In this document: positions 60,980 to 64,000 of the stretch, piece by piece
Layout: the number at the start of each line of letters is the position of its first letter
How positions within the stretch are numbered: the stretch's first letter is position 1
Origin: an uncultured Trueperaceae bacterium
GTDB taxonomy: Bacteria; Deinococcota; Deinococci; Deinococcales; Trueperaceae
DNA: 64,000 nt
Direction: 5' to 3'
NCBI GenBank assembly: GCA_963727505.1
Contig: CAVSGP010000004.1
Coordinates: 448,001 to 512,000 of the forward strand
Program-made: the position numbers and the translations under genes
The notes under the pieces: generated by a model
Seen by the model: the letters and a program-made list of their open reading frames with translations, nothing else
Databases searched by the model: none
What the model was told of the DNA's origin: nothing

Positions 60980-62217
60980 CCCTCGCCATCGACCAGGTAC
61001 TTGTAGGTCACGATCTCGGCCAGCCCCATGGGGCCGCGGGCATGCAGCTTCTGGGTGCTGATCCCGATCTCGGCGCCGAAGCCCAGCGCGAAGCCGTCGG
61101 TGAACCGCGTGGAGGCGTTGACGTACACCGCCGCCGCGTCCACCTCGTTGCGGAAGCGCTCGGCGACCCCCAGGTCGTTCGCCACGATGGCCTCGCTGTG
61201 CTGCGTGCCGTAGCGCGCGATGTGCTCCAGCGCTTCATCGAGACCGTCGACGACGCGGACCGCCAGCTCGAGGTCGAGGAACTCCGTGGCCCAGTCCTCC
61301 TCGGTGGCCTCCCCTACCCCGTCCACCAGCGCGCGGGTGCGGGCGCAGCCGACGAGCGCCACACCGGCCGAGGCCAGGCGCGCCAACGCCGCGGGGAGGA
61401 AGCGCTCGGCCACCGCTGCGTCGACGAGCAACGTCTCGGCGGCGTTGCACACGCCGGGCCGCTGCACCTTGGCATTGAAGACGATGGCGTCGGCGGCGTC
61501 CAGATCGGCGGTGGCGTGCACGTAGACGTGGCAGTTCCCGACACCCGTCTCGATGACGGGCACGCGGGCGCTGTCGACGACGTGCCGGATCAGGCCGGCA
61601 CCGCCGCGCGGGATCACCAGGTCGACCCGACCGCGCGCCTCCAGCAGCTCCGTCACCAGCGCCCGGTCGGGCGAGTCGATGAGCTGCAGCGCGTCGGCGG
61701 GCAAGCCGGCATCGGCGATGGCGCTGCGCATCACGGCGCTCAACGCCCGGTTGCTGTGCAGAGCGTTGGACGACCCCCGCAGCACGGCGGCGCTGCCGGC
61801 CTTGATAGCCAGCACGGCGGCGTCGACGGTGACGTTGGGGCGGGACTCGTAGATCATGCCGATCACGCCGAACGGCACGCTCACCTTGCGCACCCGCAGA
61901 CCGTTGGGGAGCCGCCAGCCGTCGAGCACGCGACCGAGCGGGTCGGGTAGCTCGGCGACCTGGCGGCAGCCGCGCGCCATGCCGGCCACGCGCCCCTCGT
62001 CGAGAGCCAGGCGGTCGACCCGCGAGGCGGGGGTGCCGCGCTCGCGCTCGGCCGCCACGTCGCGGGCGTTCGCCTCCAGGATGCGCTCCACATGCTGCTC
62101 GAGCGCCCGCGCGACGGACTCGAGCGCTGCGTTCCGGTCGGCCGCCGCCAGCGACCTGCTGGCGCGGCGCGCACGCGTCAGGAGCGTGTCGAGCGAGACG
62201 TCCATGGTGCCGGGCAT
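60964..62217 (-). CDS. proA: Gamma-glutamyl phosphate reductase
   Basis: VPFGVIGMIYESRPNVT, IPRGG, CNAAETLL, NASTRFTDG, GAEIGISTQKLHARGPMG; start 62217 or 62205. Confidence 0.96.
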   Translation of the reverse strand: MPGTMDVSLDTLLTRARRASRSLAAADRNAALESVARALEQHVERILEANARDVAAERERGTPASRVDRLALDEGRVAGMARGCRQVAELPDPLGRVLDGWRLPNGLRVRKVSVPFGVIGMIYESRPNVTVDAAVLAIKAGSAAVLRGSSNALHSNRALSAVMRSAIADAGLPADALQLIDSPDRALVTELLEARGRVDLVIPRGGAGLIRHVVDSARVPVIETGVGNCHVYVHATADLDAADAIVFNAKVQRPGVCNAAETLLVDAAVAERFLPAALARLASAGVALVGCARTRALVDGVGEATEEDWATEFLDLELAVRVVDGLDEALEHIARYGTQHSEAIVANDLGVAERFRNEVDAAAVYVNASTRFTDGFALGFGAEIGISTQKLHARGPMGLAEIVTYKYLVDGEGQVRD

Positions 62218-62294
62218 ACGGGAGTATAGCCGTGGTCGGGTTCTTGATTCGTGAAGGCGAGTGATTGTTGGAGTTTCTACTGTCAGGGACGGAC

Positions 62295-62576
62295 GTGCTG
62301 GGCACCAAGCGCACCTCGTCTTGAAGGGCGATGTGCGGGGCTCGTCATCGTGATCCTGGCGACTCCTGTCCCCCTCCGCCCCCCCAGTCTCTTGCGACGC
62401 TAGAGCTAGCCAAGCGCCGTTTCGCGCCAGGGTTGCCGGACGCAGGATCCCCCCTGGTCCAGGCCGGATTCCTGCTCGATTTGCTCCCACTCCGTGGAAC
62501 TGGGGCCTTCATCAAACGCAGAATGGTTCATCGTGGTGGACGGCCTAGGTCGCCAGAAGGCCTTCGGGTCCAGCAT
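62295..62576. ncRNA. Candidate structured non-coding RNA (possibly an IS110-family non-coding end)
   Basis: Nested long-range pairings GTGCTGGGC/GTCCAGCAT and CTGGCGAC/GTCGCCAG, several internal hairpins; no credible ORF. Confidence 0.45.
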
Positions 62577-62688
62577 ACGGAACGTGACCGCGCCGCGGCA
62601 GCTTACGAAGGCCGCGCAAGCTGGCACTGAAGTCCCGTGTACACGCCGCGCCCGTGCCGCGCTATAGCGCTCGGCCCGAGCCAAGGGG

Positions 62689-63489
62689 CTAGAGTGTTGC
62701 GCCGGCCGTGCGTCGCGAGCCGGCCGAGCGCCGCAAGGTCTTCACGCTGTAGATCCCGAAGACGACGATGTACGCCACGGTGATGATCGCCACCAAGGTG
62801 GTGTGGTCGGGACCGTTGGCCACGCCGCCGTCGGAGATGAAAGCGAACAGGTCGGTGGCGGCATGCGCGGCGATGATCGGCAGCAAGCGCCCGCCCGCCT
62901 CGAGGCCGGCGGCGAACGCGCAACCCAGCGCGAAGGCATAGAGGACCTGCAGCAGCGTGACCAGGAGGCCAGCGCCTTGCGTGATGTTCAGCAGGTGCAC
63001 CAAGCCGAACACGAGCGCCGAGCCGATCACCGCGCGGCCGACGCCGAACCGGCGGAGCGCGGCGTACAGCACGCCCCGGAACAGCACCTCTTCGGTGACG
63101 CCGACGAGGAGCGCCAGCAGCGCGAAGACGAGCACGCGCCCGGGCGCCCAACTGCCGCCGAAGCGCAACGCCAGCGCGAGCGTCACAGCCGCAGGCAGGA
63201 ACAGCGGGGCGGTGAGCGCGAAGGCGCGGCGCCAGGGTTGCGGCTCGACCCCGGCGGCCCGCAGGCCGCCCCGCCGCGCCAGCACCAGCAGCCCGGCCAG
63301 CGCCAGAGGCACATCGGCGAGCACGACCAGCAACGTCGACGACAGGTCGAGCATCCGAACGATGACGCCGACGGCGGGGATGTAGACGACGATGATGGCG
63401 ACCAGGAGCACGATGGCGAACCGTGCCGGCCGCCGCGCGGAGGGACGGTCGCATTGCGCTTCAGAGCGCGCGGAGTTCGATGTGTTCAT
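62689..63489 (-). CDS. CPBP-family (CAAX/Abi) intramembrane metalloprotease
   Basis: EEVLFRG, FGLVH, HAATD motifs; multiple TMs. Confidence 0.9.
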   Translation of the reverse strand: MNTSNSARSEAQCDRPSARRPARFAIVLLVAIIVVYIPAVGVIVRMLDLSSTLLVVLADVPLALAGLLVLARRGGLRAAGVEPQPWRRAFALTAPLFLPAAVTLALALRFGGSWAPGRVLVFALLALLVGVTEEVLFRGVLYAALRRFGVGRAVIGSALVFGLVHLLNITQGAGLLVTLLQVLYAFALGCAFAAGLEAGGRLLPIIAAHAATDLFAFISDGGVANGPDHTTLVAIITVAYIVVFGIYSVKTLRRSAGSRRTAGATL

Positions 63490-64000
63490 GAAGCCCCCCA
63501 AGGCCTCGGTTGGCGCGCGATGAGGCCCGCGGCAAGAGGCCCGACGACGGTGTCCCCCGCGGCCTCGTTGGAGCGCCCACCAAACGGGCAGAAGGCTGCG
63601 AGGGCATGGCTCACGGGTCGTCTTGACGCAGTTAGCCCCGCCAAAGACGCGCGAACCTCGCAAACCCTAGCACCGGACCGCTGGTATAAATGACCCGCTA
63701 CCCCTGCAACAAGCGCATGGCACCGCAGACGCCGGCGAAGTCGGGTCGGGCGCGTCGCACCGAGCCTGAAGCGTTTCGGACCGAGGTACCGACGCCAGAC
63801 CCCGCCACACTGCTGCCGACAAGAACTCTCCATGTGTGCAGTGGACCTGCAAGGACTCGAAGTTCCGCCAATTGGACCTGAGGCAGCGTCCAGGGACATC
63901 GCAACTCTCGGGGGAACGCCACTGTCAACGTCACCGGCGAAGCACACAGGCTTGGTCAACGACGCCAAACCGCGCCGCGTAGAGCGCCGCCGAGACCGTT

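Noticed and set aside
63900..63930. Cobalamin riboswitch suggested by GCCACTG
   Set aside because: Upstream conserved AGGGAA/GGTG-AA-TCC elements are not visible.

Overview
High-GC bacterial chromosomal segment. Gene content, many leaderless TAnnnT-N5-9-start promoters and a candidate DdrO box suggest Deinococcota, possibly Trueperaceae (inference). Most of the window is housekeeping: dgt, dnaX-ybaB-recR, topA, recO-plsY, folC, trpS, hpt, glyQS, clpC-radA-PIN/TRAM, a combined caa3-oxidase/Rieske-cytochrome b operon, gyrB, a two-component system and proA, plus tRNA-Leu(CAG) and tRNA-Ala(TGC). The main accessory feature is a ~12.8 kb element in tRNA-Leu, bounded by a perfect 56-bp direct repeat (26409-26464 / 39158-39213). 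It encodes an integrase, Xis-like and other HTH proteins, an AAA_25 helicase with internal iteron-like repeats, a resolvase-like nuclease, a TerS-like protein and a large terminase split into separate ATPase and nuclease genes. I recognise no capsid, portal or tail genes, and the cargo is small exported or membrane proteins, so it looks like a capsid-less, terminase-only phage satellite. Other notable signals: an A8 slippery site plus hairpin that would fuse dnaX to the next ORF, a sigma70 region 4-like domain at the TopA C-terminus, and two orphan structured non-coding regions near the right end that may be IS110-family ends. All family assignments come from motif recognition by eye; no searches were run.
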